Assembly: GCA_036562385.1 (NCBI GenBank)
Contig: DATCKG010000048.1
Span: 1,344 to 65,343 of the forward strand
DNA from: Symbiobacteriaceae bacterium
Lineage (GTDB): Bacteria > Bacillota > Sulfobacillia > Symbiobacteriales > Symbiobacteriaceae
Direction of reading: 5' to 3'
Length of the DNA: 64,000 bases
Program-made: the position numbers and the translations under genes
Part shown: positions 46,569-55,716 of the stretch, one piece after another
Position numbering within the stretch: the first letter of the stretch is position 1
Layout of the letters: every line of letters starts with the position of its first letter
The notes under the pieces: generated by a model
What the model was told of the DNA's origin: nothing
Database searches by the model: none
What the model saw: the letters and a program-made list of their open reading frames with translations, nothing else

Positions 46569-48658
46569 GTCTTCGCGATCGCCTCCTCATCCTCGGCCGT
46601 GGCGGCCACCTCCTGTGATTGGGTGCCCTCCACGGACTGCAGCAGCAGCTCTGCCAGATCCAGTACAGCGAGCTGACGGGCGTTGTCCGGATCCTCCGCG
46701 GCAACGCCGTCGGTAAGCATCGTCATGCAGAAGGGACAGTTGGTGGCCACCAGGTTCGCCCCGGTGGCGATGGCCTGGCGGGCACGCTCCACATTGATGC
46801 GCGTGCCGTGATGCTCCTCCATCCACATCCGGCCGCCGCCGGCTCCACAGCACATGGACCGGTAGCCGTGCCGCTCCATCTCCCGGAGTTCCACCCCGGG
46901 AATCGCCTGGAGCAGTTCACGAGGCGGCCGGTAAATCTGATTATACCTTCCCAGGTAGCAGGAGTCGTGATACGTCACCTTGGCGTTGATCGGATGGACC
47001 GGTTTCAACCTATTTTCTTTGACGAGCTGATTGAGGAGTTGAGTATGGTGCAGGACCATCACCTCAAAGCCCAACTGTCGGTACTCGTTGGCGAACGCGT
47101 TGGCGCAGTGCGGGCAGTGGGTGATGATCTTCTTGACGTTGTAGCTCTTGAGCACCTCGATGTTTTCCATGGCCAGTTGCTGGAAGAGCATTTCGTTGCC
47201 CACCCGGCGGGCCGGATCACCGGTGCAGCGCTCCTCCTTTCCGAGGATGGCGAAGGAGACCCCGGCGGTCCGGAGGAGCTGCACGATGGCCCGGGCGATC
47301 TTCTGTCCCCGCTGGTCGAAGGCTCCCGCGCAGCCCGGCCAGAAGAGGTACTCCGCGTCCGGGTTTTCCTCCAGCGTCGGCACGCCCAGGTCCTCCGCCC
47401 ACTTGGCCCGGGTGTGGGCGCCCAGGCCCCAGGGATTGCCCTGCCGCTCCAGGTTTTTGAAGGTCTGATTCAACTCCGGCGGGAACTCGCCCTGGAGCAT
47501 CACCTGGTGGCGGCGCATCTCCACAATCTTGGGCACGTGCTCGATGAAGACCGGGCAGACCTCCATGCAAGCCCGGCAGGTGGTGCAGGCCCAGAGCGCC
47601 TCCGGATCGATTACCGGACCCACCAGTTCCGACTCCACGGGCTGCTCAGCCGGCAATTCGCCCCTGGCCTTGGCCAGGGCCAGCAGCGGCCCTTTTTCAT
47701 GCAGGTGATGCTGCAGGTCCAGGATCAGCGCCTTGGGGTTCAGAGGCTTGCCGGTGCGGAAGGCCGGACAGTTTTCCTGGCAGCGACCACACTCCGTGCA
47801 CGCGTCCAGATCCGCCAGGTCCTTCCAGCGGAAGTCTGTCAGGGTGGCGGCGCCCAGGACCGGATTCTCCGCCTCCAGATCGGTAAGGGGCAGTTGGCCC
47901 CGGGGTTTCAGATCCTGCAGGAAGATGTTCACCGGGCCTGCGAGGATGTGCATCAGCTTGGAGTAGGGCAGGTACGCCAGGAACGAAAAGGCCACCACCA
48001 GATGGAACCACCAGAGCCACCGGTGCAGCACCGTCAGGGCCCCCGGATCCAGGAAGGCGGCGAGCAACCGCCCATGCAGGTACCCGAAGGGTGACCAGGC
48101 GCCCCACGGGTCCTCGGTGACCACGATCCGGACCCCCTCCACGAAGAAGCCGGTCCAGAGCAGAACCAGACAGTGGGCCAGGAAAACCCAGTCATCCAGC
48201 AGCGAGGGATGGTTCTTCCCCTGGGTGAGGGCCCGGGGTTTGAAGACAGACCGGCGGATCCACGCCACCACAACGCCGACCATCGCCAGGGCGCCCGCCA
48301 GGTCCAAGGTGAAGGACTGGAAGTAGAGGTAGAAGTTCCCCCGCATGATGGGAAGGCCAAAATCGGCCTCCAGCATGACCACCAGCGTGCCGACAAAGAG
48401 GAGAAGGAATCCCCACGACAGGAGGATGTGGAAGAAACCCGCCACCCTGTCCTGGGCCAGGCGGGCCTGGAAGGCGCCGTGCTTCAGCACCAGCATCAGC
48501 CGCCTGCCCACCTGATCCCACCGGACCTCGGGCCGGCCGATCCGCCAGAGCCTGACCCTCCGCCACACCCCGTACGCGCAGATCGCCAGGGTGGGGATCA
48601 TAAGCAGGTACATCACCCATACGTGGGAGATGTTCCAGTAAATCGGTCGTGTTGGCAT
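46565..48658 (-). CDS. Membrane-bound Fe-S oxidoreductase (NarI/DsrM-like TM domain + 2x[4Fe-4S] + CCG domains; HdrD/GlpC-like)
   Basis: 697 aa. Five or six N-terminal TM segments. Cluster motifs CTECGRCQENCP and CTTCRACMEVCP. CCG-type motifs including MCCGAGGG. Confidence 0.85.
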   Translation of the reverse strand: MPTRPIYWNISHVWVMYLLMIPTLAICAYGVWRRVRLWRIGRPEVRWDQVGRRLMLVLKHGAFQARLAQDRVAGFFHILLSWGFLLLFVGTLVVMLEADFGLPIMRGNFYLYFQSFTLDLAGALAMVGVVVAWIRRSVFKPRALTQGKNHPSLLDDWVFLAHCLVLLWTGFFVEGVRIVVTEDPWGAWSPFGYLHGRLLAAFLDPGALTVLHRWLWWFHLVVAFSFLAYLPYSKLMHILAGPVNIFLQDLKPRGQLPLTDLEAENPVLGAATLTDFRWKDLADLDACTECGRCQENCPAFRTGKPLNPKALILDLQHHLHEKGPLLALAKARGELPAEQPVESELVGPVIDPEALWACTTCRACMEVCPVFIEHVPKIVEMRRHQVMLQGEFPPELNQTFKNLERQGNPWGLGAHTRAKWAEDLGVPTLEENPDAEYLFWPGCAGAFDQRGQKIARAIVQLLRTAGVSFAILGKEERCTGDPARRVGNEMLFQQLAMENIEVLKSYNVKKIITHCPHCANAFANEYRQLGFEVMVLHHTQLLNQLVKENRLKPVHPINAKVTYHDSCYLGRYNQIYRPPRELLQAIPGVELREMERHGYRSMCCGAGGGRMWMEEHHGTRINVERARQAIATGANLVATNCPFCMTMLTDGVAAEDPDNARQLAVLDLAELLLQSVEGTQSQEVAATAEDEEAIAKT

Positions 48659-48698
48659 CGCCCGGCCCTCCTTTCGCTTCCCCGCGGCGGGGTTGTGT

Positions 48699-49859
48699 TC
48701 AGCTCAGCAGCGCCCGGGCAATGACCAGCCGCTGGATCTGGTTGGTGCCCTCGTAGATCTGGGTGATCTTGGCGTCCCGCATCATCCGCTCCACCGGATA
48801 GTCGCGGGTGTAGCCATAACCGCCCAGCAGCTGCACCGCATCGGTGGTGACGGACATGGCGGTGTCGGAGGCCACCATCTTGGCCATTGCCGAGATCTTA
48901 TTGATCTCCAGCGGGAGGCGTCCCCGAACCTTCCCCTGTCCGTCAATCAAGGCCGCGGCCTTATACACCAGCAGGCGAGCGGCTTCCACCTTGGCAGCCA
49001 TGTCCGCCAGCATGAACTGGATGCCCTGGAACTCGGCGATCGGCCGGCCAAACTGCTGCCGCTGCTTCACATACTGAATCGCGTATTCCAGCGCGCCCTC
49101 CGCGATGCCCAGCGCCTGGGCGCCGATGGCAGGACGGCTCTGGTCCAGGGTCGCCATGGCGATCTTGAACCCCTCGCCCTCCTCGCCAATCCGGTTGGCG
49201 GCCGGGACGCGGCAGTCTTCCAAAATCAGTTCCACCGTGGGCGACCCCCGGATCCCCATCTTCTCCTCGTGCCGCCCGATAATAAGCCCCGGCGTGCCGG
49301 CCTCGATGAAGAACGCCGTGATGCCGCGGCTGCCGGCCGACGGGTTGGTGGAGGCAAAGAGGGTAAAGCCCCCGGCCACGCTGCCGTTAGTGATGAAGAT
49401 CTTCCGCCCGTTGAGCACATAGGAGTCCCCGTCCCGCACTGCGGTGGTCTTCAGGGATCCGGCGTCGGAACCGGCGCTGGGCTCCGTCAGGGCGAAGGCG
49501 ATCAGTTCCCGGCCGCTGGCAAACCGGGGAAGCCACTTCTTCTTCTGTTCCTCGGAGGCCCCCACCAGGATCGGCAGCATGCCCAGTTCCTGATCCGCGA
49601 TGATCAGGGCGCTGGTGGCGCAGGCCTTGGCCACCTCCTCCACCGCCAGGCAGCAGGCCAACACCCCCATACCGGCCCCGCCGTACTCCTCCGGCACAGC
49701 CAGACCCATCAGTCCCAGGTCCCGGAAGTGATGGAGGATGTCCCACGGAAATTCACCCGTGCGGTCAATCTCCGCAGCCCGGGGCTGTACCTTCTCCCGG
49801 GTCAGCTCCCGCACGGTCTGCCGGAGCATCTCCTGTTCCGGTGTCAGGCTGAACTGCAT
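48699..49859 (-). CDS. Acyl-CoA dehydrogenase
   Basis: ATG 49859 follows SD GGAGCAGGAGGGG. N-terminus [19 protein letters not shown]-terminal catalytic region [14 protein letters not shown]. Confidence 0.9.
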   Translation of the reverse strand: MQFSLTPEQEMLRQTVRELTREKVQPRAAEIDRTGEFPWDILHHFRDLGLMGLAVPEEYGGAGMGVLACCLAVEEVAKACATSALIIADQELGMLPILVGASEEQKKKWLPRFASGRELIAFALTEPSAGSDAGSLKTTAVRDGDSYVLNGRKIFITNGSVAGGFTLFASTNPSAGSRGITAFFIEAGTPGLIIGRHEEKMGIRGSPTVELILEDCRVPAANRIGEEGEGFKIAMATLDQSRPAIGAQALGIAEGALEYAIQYVKQRQQFGRPIAEFQGIQFMLADMAAKVEAARLLVYKAAALIDGQGKVRGRLPLEINKISAMAKMVASDTAMSVTTDAVQLLGGYGYTRDYPVERMMRDAKITQIYEGTNQIQRLVIARALLS

Positions 49860-50029
49860 CCAATCCCCTCCTGCTCCCCTTATCCGCAACGACCCAAAGG
49901 TCGTTTGAGTTGCATGTAGGTTTTGTTTATTCGACGACAGATCTCGTTCCCCTCTTCGTTTCCGCAGAACTTTTACACAGAATCTTTAAATCGGATCATC
50001 CAGAACAGAGAGAGGAATCTTGCGAACAC

Positions 50030-50063
50030 AAAAAGCCGGGAGACGACTGGACACCGTCTCCCG
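50030..50063 (-). terminator. Terminator hairpin (copy 1 of a repeated ~33-nt element)
   Basis: CCGGGAGACG-N8-CGTCTCCCG. On the minus strand it is followed by GCTTTTTGTGTT. Confidence 0.6.
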
Positions 50064-50079
50064 AACGCTGCCTCACCTG

Positions 50080-50918
50080 CTAAATGACAGCCGGTTCAAG
50101 AATTGACAAGCGGGCGGCATCCTTCACCGCCAGTTCAGCCTGCACACCGATGGGTAGGACAAACATGGGATCCCAGTGGCCAAAGTCAAAGCCGGTGCCG
50201 ATGGGGAACGTGTACCCACGGGTGGCGGTCAGCAGGATCTCTTCGAGGGAGTCCTCCGGGGTGAAGCCCACCGAGGGCGGAAAGCGGCCCACCACCGCCC
50301 CCGCGCGACCCCGCTGCGCAGGGGGCGAGGACCGGGATTGCGAGTGGTGCGGCGCGGGCGGTCGTCCTCCTCATCCCATCGAAGTGTCTCTGCCACTGTT
50401 TCCGGCGAGGGTTCCAACTCGCCAACAGGGCTCGTCGTACAGACAGTTCGCTGAAAGGACTGCCGAATGTAAGGCATGAGGCCGCCGGCTTCGCCGAACT
50501 GCGGCAGCACGGCAGGACCGAGGAAAGTGAACAGCCCCGCCCGCACGTGAATGCCCATGTGCAGGGCAGTAATGTCGGAGTAGCCCATAAAGACCTTGGG
50601 ATTGGCAGCAATCAGATCGTAATCGAGCTGGTCCAGGAGCTGATTGGAATTGTAGCCCCCGATGGTGGTGATGATGCCTTTCACTTCCGGATCCGCAAAC
50701 ATTTCGTGCAGGTCGGCGACCCGATCCGCAATGGTACCGGCGGTGTGACCATGTTTAGCGGTGGCGTGCCGCCCCAGACGCACCCGAAAACCGAGGCGCT
50801 CCAGCTCTGCCATGCCCCGCTTCAACCGCCGCGGCACAACGTGTGCCACCGGCGATGAGGGGGAGACGATGCCAATCAGATCCCCCGGCTGAAGACGTGG
50901 CGGGCGAATCAACTGCAT
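50080..50918 (-). pseudogene. LD-carboxypeptidase / MccF-like (S66) gene disrupted by a frameshift and probable internal deletion
   Basis: ORF 50229-50918 carries the N-terminal domain (GIVSPSS, GYSDITALH) up to NPGPRPLRSGVARG. The frame then changes at a G-run near 50295. ORF 50080-50295 continues VVGRFPP...DFGHWDPMFVLPIGV. The segment that normally holds the catalytic Glu appears to be missing. Confidence 0.6.
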
Positions 50919-51003
50919 TTCGGATTCCTCCTGTTCGAATCCCGGTGCATGGCAAGAAGTTTTCTATGTTTTCCCGGCCAGAGGCAGTCGTTCCTTCAGC
51001 GCA

Positions 51004-51037
51004 GAAAACCGGGAGACGGCTCGGCACCGTCTCCCGG
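51004..51037 (-). terminator. Terminator hairpin (copy 2 of the repeated element)
   Basis: CCGGGAGACGG-N7-CCGTCTCCCGG. On the minus strand it is followed by TTTTCTGC. About 28 of 31 nt match copy 1, including the loop. Confidence 0.6.
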
Positions 51038-51042
51038 TGTGT

Positions 51043-51732
51043 TTACGGCTGCGGCTGTCCGGAATTCCGGGGTCCCAGGGGGAACTCGGAAGAGGGCGCC
51101 CGCAGCGGGCTTTGCTCTCCCAGCCCCTGCGTTTCCTGGGGAGCAGGCCCCTCCTCGGGACGGGTCAGTTCCGGCCGCTCGGGCCCCTCGCCCTCATCCC
51201 GCAGCCGGAACCGGTCGGCCAGCTGAATGCGCCACAGCCGGTGGATCGGCACCTGGTAGAGGGTCGGCTCCACCCGCCGGTCTCCCCGGCCAATGGGATA
51301 CATCCAGATCTCGGTCTCGGTGGTGGTTCCCGGGTGCATCCGCACGCCCATGGTGATGGCGTCACGGTACCCGTTCTTGTAGCAAATGACCGTAAGCTGG
51401 CCGTGCAGTTCCGCCAGCATTCGATCCAGGCGGGGATGGCGGAAGATGGGCGCTTCGATGGTGGGAGCCACGCCGTTGGCGTCTGTCTCCACCCGGTCGC
51501 CGGTCTCCCCCACCACGCAACCGGCGCCGGGGATCGGCTGCATGGTATGGGCGTCCACCACCCGGATGCTGAGCGGGGCGGTGCGGATGCCCATGGCCCG
51601 CCAGTACAGCCGCGTCAGGGGCCCCGCCGGGGCCGGCGGCGACCCGCCGTTCTGCGCCCCGGCCACCCGGATCCCCACGAGCCCTCCGGTCAACAGCAGG
51701 GCCAAGGCGGCGATCACCCTTGCGCGCTTCAT
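51043..51732 (-). CDS. Secreted hypothetical protein
   Basis: 229 aa. Signal peptide MKRARVIAALALLLTGGLVGIRVAGA. Acidic and Pro-rich C-terminal tail. Confidence 0.7.
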   Translation of the reverse strand: MKRARVIAALALLLTGGLVGIRVAGAQNGGSPPAPAGPLTRLYWRAMGIRTAPLSIRVVDAHTMQPIPGAGCVVGETGDRVETDANGVAPTIEAPIFRHPRLDRMLAELHGQLTVICYKNGYRDAITMGVRMHPGTTTETEIWMYPIGRGDRRVEPTLYQVPIHRLWRIQLADRFRLRDEGEGPERPELTRPEEGPAPQETQGLGEQSPLRAPSSEFPLGPRNSGQPQP

Positions 51733-51745
51733 CGCTTCTGCCTCC

Positions 51746-52366
51746 CTACAGGTTGGGGATCGGGTGCAGTTCCCGCCCCTGGTAGTACCACTGAAGAATC
51801 CGAAGCATGTTCCAGCCCCGCTCCGCCCAGTACTGGGTGCCCCACTGGGACATCATGTTGGCATTGCGGTACTCCCAGTTCGGCCCGCCCTGGTATCCGG
51901 CGCGGTAGTTCAGCTCCACGATGGTCCCGTCGGGGAGGGCATAGGCCAGGTGCCGTACCCGCCAGTGGGCCTCGTCGGTGGACTGGTACCGGTTCCCCTC
52001 GAGGTAGGTCTGGAAGTTGGTGGTGTTATCCACGTCGAACTCCCATCCGTCCAGAAGGGTGGGATTGAGCACCTTGTACCAGGCAAACATCTTCACGGCC
52101 ATGGCGCCGGCCTGAAGAGCCTCCTGGTGCCAGGAGGGCATCCATTCGTTGGGCAGGGAGTTGACCACGTATTCGTCAAAGGGCACCCGTTTAACGTACA
52201 GGATCCGGCCCCGTGGGTCGGGCTCTCCGTTGGGGCGAGATTCCCGGATGGCCACCCGGATGTACTGCGGATACGGCGTATTAAAGACCGTCGCGGGCTG
52301 TGCCCGGGCCACGCCCGCTGTGAGCAGCACAGACAGCAGCATGGCACAAAACAGGACGCGCTTCAC
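51746..52366 (-). CDS. SpoIID/LytB-domain protein (secreted)
   Basis: GTG 52366 follows SD GGAGGGTG. Signal peptide VKRVLFCAMLLSVLLTAGVARA. SpoIID-like LPNEWMPSWHQEALQAGAMAVKMFAWY and MSQWGTQYWAERGWNMLRILQWYY. Confidence 0.7.
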   Translation of the reverse strand: MKRVLFCAMLLSVLLTAGVARAQPATVFNTPYPQYIRVAIRESRPNGEPDPRGRILYVKRVPFDEYVVNSLPNEWMPSWHQEALQAGAMAVKMFAWYKVLNPTLLDGWEFDVDNTTNFQTYLEGNRYQSTDEAHWRVRHLAYALPDGTIVELNYRAGYQGGPNWEYRNANMMSQWGTQYWAERGWNMLRILQWYYQGRELHPIPNL

Positions 52367-52431
52367 AGAACACCCTCCGTCTCCTGTTTTTCCTAGCCTT
52401 GTCCAACCTCCCATGGCTTAACCCCGGGATT

Positions 52432-52881
52432 CTATTCCACCAACAGCGTCCCCAGCAAGCCGGTCTCCATGTATCCCGGCGCGTCGGAGAAAAAGGGCCA
52501 GGCCCCCTTTTCACTGGCGGTGAACTCGATGTAGTTCTCGCCGCCCGGGGGAATCGCCCCCGCCACGATGCCGAAGCGGGGAATCACCAGGTTGTGGTAG
52601 CGGGCACCTGTGTTCCGCAGGTGGATCTTCACCCGGCTTCCCTCCGCCACCCGGATCAGCGGCGGCACAAAGCCGGTATCCGAGACCTCCAGGGTGAGGA
52701 CGCCGGTCTGCCCCTTCATCTGCTGGGCAACAGATAGCGGTCGGTCCTGGATGATGACCGCCTGGGTCCCGTCCGCGTCCCACGGATAGCGGGGAACGCC
52801 GGCCTCCGGAATTCCCCGGCGGCTCCCGCAGCCGGCGAGCAGCAGGGCCGCCAGCAGCCAGACGCCTGCGGCTGATCGCAC
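52432..52881 (-). CDS. Cupredoxin-fold lipoprotein
   Basis: GTG 52881 follows SD GGAGGGATGG. Lipobox LLLAGCGS. Plastocyanin-like FVPPLIRVAEGSRVKIHLRNTGARYHNLVIP. Confidence 0.6.
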   Translation of the reverse strand: MRSAAGVWLLAALLLAGCGSRRGIPEAGVPRYPWDADGTQAVIIQDRPLSVAQQMKGQTGVLTLEVSDTGFVPPLIRVAEGSRVKIHLRNTGARYHNLVIPRFGIVAGAIPPGGENYIEFTASEKGAWPFFSDAPGYMETGLLGTLLVE

Positions 52882-52951
52882 CGGTCCATCCCTCCTCCGG
52901 TGGCAAGTCTCTCCCGGCGCCGGCCCGTGCATGCACCGCGGCAGGACGCGC

Positions 52952-52979
52952 CCCGGGGGAGGCCGCCGCCTCCCCCGGG
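52952..52979 (-). other. GC-rich hairpin without a U-tract between the Gly-rich gene and the cupredoxin gene
   Basis: CCCGGGGGAGGC-cgcc-GCCTCCCCCGGG, a 12-bp stem. Confidence 0.4.
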
Positions 52980-52989
52980 CTGATCGTGG

Positions 52990-53292
52990 TCACACAATCC
53001 CCTTACCGCCAGGGAACCAGAGCTTGCCGCCAGGGAACCCGCCGAACCCCTTGCCAAAGCCCTTGCCGAACCCCTTGCCAATGCCCTTGCCCACGCCCAC
53101 GGTAATGGGCTTTCCAGCCGCTGCCATGGGCGGGACCGTGGGCAGGGGTGTCACCGTTGTAAAGGGCTGCAACTTAAAGAACGGCACAAGTTTCGTAAAG
53201 GGAATCGCCTGGTTGCAGACGGTGGCAACGGGCCCGAAGATCTTGCCACATCCGCCGAACCACGGTCCCCCGCACTTGGACCATCCATCCAT
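52990..53292 (-). CDS. Small Gly/Lys/Phe-rich repeat protein (100 aa)
   Basis: ATG 53292 lies 9 nt after SD AAGGAGGGTG. Sequence ...VGVGKGIGKGFGKGFGKGFGGFPGGKLWFPGGKGIV. The repeats are encoded by 12-bp tandem units at about 53040-53100. Confidence 0.65.
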   Translation of the reverse strand: MDGWSKCGGPWFGGCGKIFGPVATVCNQAIPFTKLVPFFKLQPFTTVTPLPTVPPMAAAGKPITVGVGKGIGKGFGKGFGKGFGGFPGGKLWFPGGKGIV

Positions 53293-53509
53293 AGGATCTA
53301 CACCCTCCTTACCATACAGGGCTCGTTGCTATGTTATGTAAACCGGACCGCGATGCGACACACTTCAGAACCCCTTTCCGCGGCGGGTGTGCACATCCCA
53401 TCTCCTGTAGGTATATGTTCCCAACCAAACGGTGTGGCCCTGACGGACAATTGACCTTACCAACGACGGTTTGTACGCTGAAGGTGAGGACCCAAAAAGG
53501 GTGGGAACG

Positions 53510-55546
53510 ATGGCTACGCTGGAGTACTCCGTGACCGTCAGGCATCCCCATGGCCTCCACGCCCGGGCAGCGGCCGAATTGGTCAAGATGGCGGTGGAAG
53601 CGGCCGCCGAATCCGGCGTGCGCATCCTGTTCCGCCACGGCGACCGGACGGTACCGGCCGAAAACTTCTTCGCGCTGGTCTCGCTTCGAGTGCCCAAGGG
53701 CGACACCGTTACCCTGTTGTGCCATCCCGACGGCTCCGGCCAGAAGCCGGGGCAGACCGCTGCGGCGGAGCAGGCCATGGCGCGCATGGCCCGCTTCCTG
53801 GCGGAGGGCAGCAGCGATGCCGCAACCGGGGACACGGAAGAGGTGGATGAGATCCTACACGAAGCCACGGTCACCCTGGACCGCGTGCTGGAGCACATCC
53901 CCACCGGGCTGCTGGTGGTAAACGACCGGGGACAGATCCTCCTCCTGAACCCCGCGGCAGAGCGATACCTGGGGATCCAGGCCGAGTCGGTCCTGGGCCG
54001 GCAGGTGGACGAGGTGATCCCCGCCGTCCGTCTCTCCCGGGTCCTGCAGACCGGAGAGTCGGAGGTGGGCCGGCTCAAAGGCGCCAACCAGATGACTCTG
54101 GTTATCAGCCGGACCCCCATCTGGTCCAATGGCCGGGTGATCGGCGCAGCCGCCATCCTGCAGGATATCTCCGATCTGGAGCGGGTCGCGGGGGAACTCC
54201 GGGAAGTCAAGGCCCTCAAGGAGCAGCTGAACCTGGTACTGGACGCGGTGGGCGAGGGCATCTGCGTAGTGGATCCCGACGGCACGGTCCGGTACACCAA
54301 CCCGGCCTTCCTCAAACTTTTCGGCGACCCGCCCCGCTGGAGCCCGGACGGGCCCGTGGCTCGGACCCTCCGGACCGGTCAGCCCACCTTAGGGCAGGTG
54401 GAGATCGCGCCCAACGGCGCCCGGATCGTGGTGGATGTCTACGTGATCCGGCTGGACGGGGAAGTCCAGAGCGCCGTGGCAGTGGGCCGCAGCGCCGACG
54501 TGGTAAGAGAACTGGCCCGGCGGGTGGAACAGGAAGAGGCCCGGGCGGAATACCTGGCGCAGGAACTGATCCGTGCCCGGCCCCTGGCCCCGGCTTTCAG
54601 CCGGCTGGTGGGCAACAGCGGCACCTTCCGGGATGCCCTGGCCATCGCAGCCAAGGCGGCGCCCACTCCCGCCACCATCCTGATCCGCGGCGAAAGCGGC
54701 ACCGGCAAGGAACTGGTGGCCGAGGCGATCCACCTGGCATCGCCTCGGGCCCGGGGACCCTTCGTACGGCTGAACTGTGCCGCCATTCCCCCCACCCTGG
54801 TCGAATCGGAGCTGTTCGGCCACGAAAAAGGCGCCTTCACCGGCGCCACCCGACGCAGGCTGGGCAAGTTTGAACTGGCCAACGGCGGCACGATTTTCCT
54901 GGACGAGATCGGAGCGCTGGATCTGACCCTGCAGGCCAAGCTCCTCAGAGTCTTGCAAAACCGCGAGGTGGAACGGGTGGGCGGCGACGAACCGATCCCC
55001 ATCGATGTCCGGGTCATCGCCGCCACCAACGCCAACCTGGAGGAGATGGTGGCCCGGGGCCAGTTCCGAGAGGATCTGTATTACCGCCTGAACGTCATCG
55101 GCATCTATTTGCCACCCCTGCGGGAGCGGCGGGGGGACATTCCCCTCCTGGTGGAGCACTTCATCGCGAAGCTCAATCAACGTCTCGGGAAAAAGGTGCA
55201 GGGAATCACCCCGGAAGCCCTGCGGCTGATGACTGCCTACGACTGGCCGGGCAACGTCCGCCAGTTGGAAAACGTGGTGGAGCGGGCCGTCACCCTGTGC
55301 GAGGGCCCCCTCATCACCGTGGCGGATCTGCCCGCCTACCTGCACCAGCCCACCGCCCCCACCAACCTGGTCAACACCACGCCGGAGGGCGAGATCGCCC
55401 CCCTGGAGGAGTACGAACGGGAGATCATCCGGCTGGCCCTGGAACGGTACGGCTCCTTCAACAAGGCCGCCCGGGCCCTGGGGGTGACCCACCGCACCGT
55501 GGCCCTCAAGGCCCGGAAGTACGGGCTGGTGCCCGACAAGGGGTAG
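53510..55546 (+). CDS. Sigma-54-dependent transcriptional activator with N-terminal HPr-like domain, PAS domains, AAA+ core and Fis-type HTH
   Basis: ATG 53510. HPr-like [21 protein letters not shown]+ motifs [30 protein letters not shown]-terminal [24 protein letters not shown]. Confidence 0.85.
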   Translation: MATLEYSVTVRHPHGLHARAAAELVKMAVEAAAESGVRILFRHGDRTVPAENFFALVSLRVPKGDTVTLLCHPDGSGQKPGQTAAAEQAMARMARFLAEGSSDAATGDTEEVDEILHEATVTLDRVLEHIPTGLLVVNDRGQILLLNPAAERYLGIQAESVLGRQVDEVIPAVRLSRVLQTGESEVGRLKGANQMTLVISRTPIWSNGRVIGAAAILQDISDLERVAGELREVKALKEQLNLVLDAVGEGICVVDPDGTVRYTNPAFLKLFGDPPRWSPDGPVARTLRTGQPTLGQVEIAPNGARIVVDVYVIRLDGEVQSAVAVGRSADVVRELARRVEQEEARAEYLAQELIRARPLAPAFSRLVGNSGTFRDALAIAAKAAPTPATILIRGESGTGKELVAEAIHLASPRARGPFVRLNCAAIPPTLVESELFGHEKGAFTGATRRRLGKFELANGGTIFLDEIGALDLTLQAKLLRVLQNREVERVGGDEPIPIDVRVIAATNANLEEMVARGQFREDLYYRLNVIGIYLPPLRERRGDIPLLVEHFIAKLNQRLGKKVQGITPEALRLMTAYDWPGNVRQLENVVERAVTLCEGPLITVADLPAYLHQPTAPTNLVNTTPEGEIAPLEEYEREIIRLALERYGSFNKAARALGVTHRTVALKARKYGLVPDKG

Positions 55547-55595
55547 CTGTTTTTATCAACAAGAACTCCCAGGGTACGCAAAATGTATCAACCAT

Positions 55596-55634
55596 CCCCT
55601 GCAGGCCCCGGCGCCAAAGGCCCGCCTGCAGGGG
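55596..55634. promoter_or_regulatory. Inverted repeat CCCCTGCAGG-N19-CCTGCAGGGG upstream of the -24/-12 promoter (possible activator site or regulator-gene terminator)
   Basis: 10-bp arms, placed 21-59 nt upstream of the TGGCAC element. Confidence 0.35.
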
Positions 55635-55654
55635 CCGGATGTCTTTGGGGCACT

Positions 55655-55670
55655 TGGCACATCCTTTGCA
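55655..55670 (+). promoter_or_regulatory. Sigma-54 promoter TGGCAC-N5-TTGCA
   Basis: Exact consensus TGGCACatcctTTGCA, 47 nt upstream of the dhaK GTG and directly downstream of a sigma-54 activator gene. Confidence 0.8.
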
Positions 55671-55716
55671 AAGGACAGAGGGCAGATCCAAAAATCATCG
55701 AAAAGGAGGATGCAAG

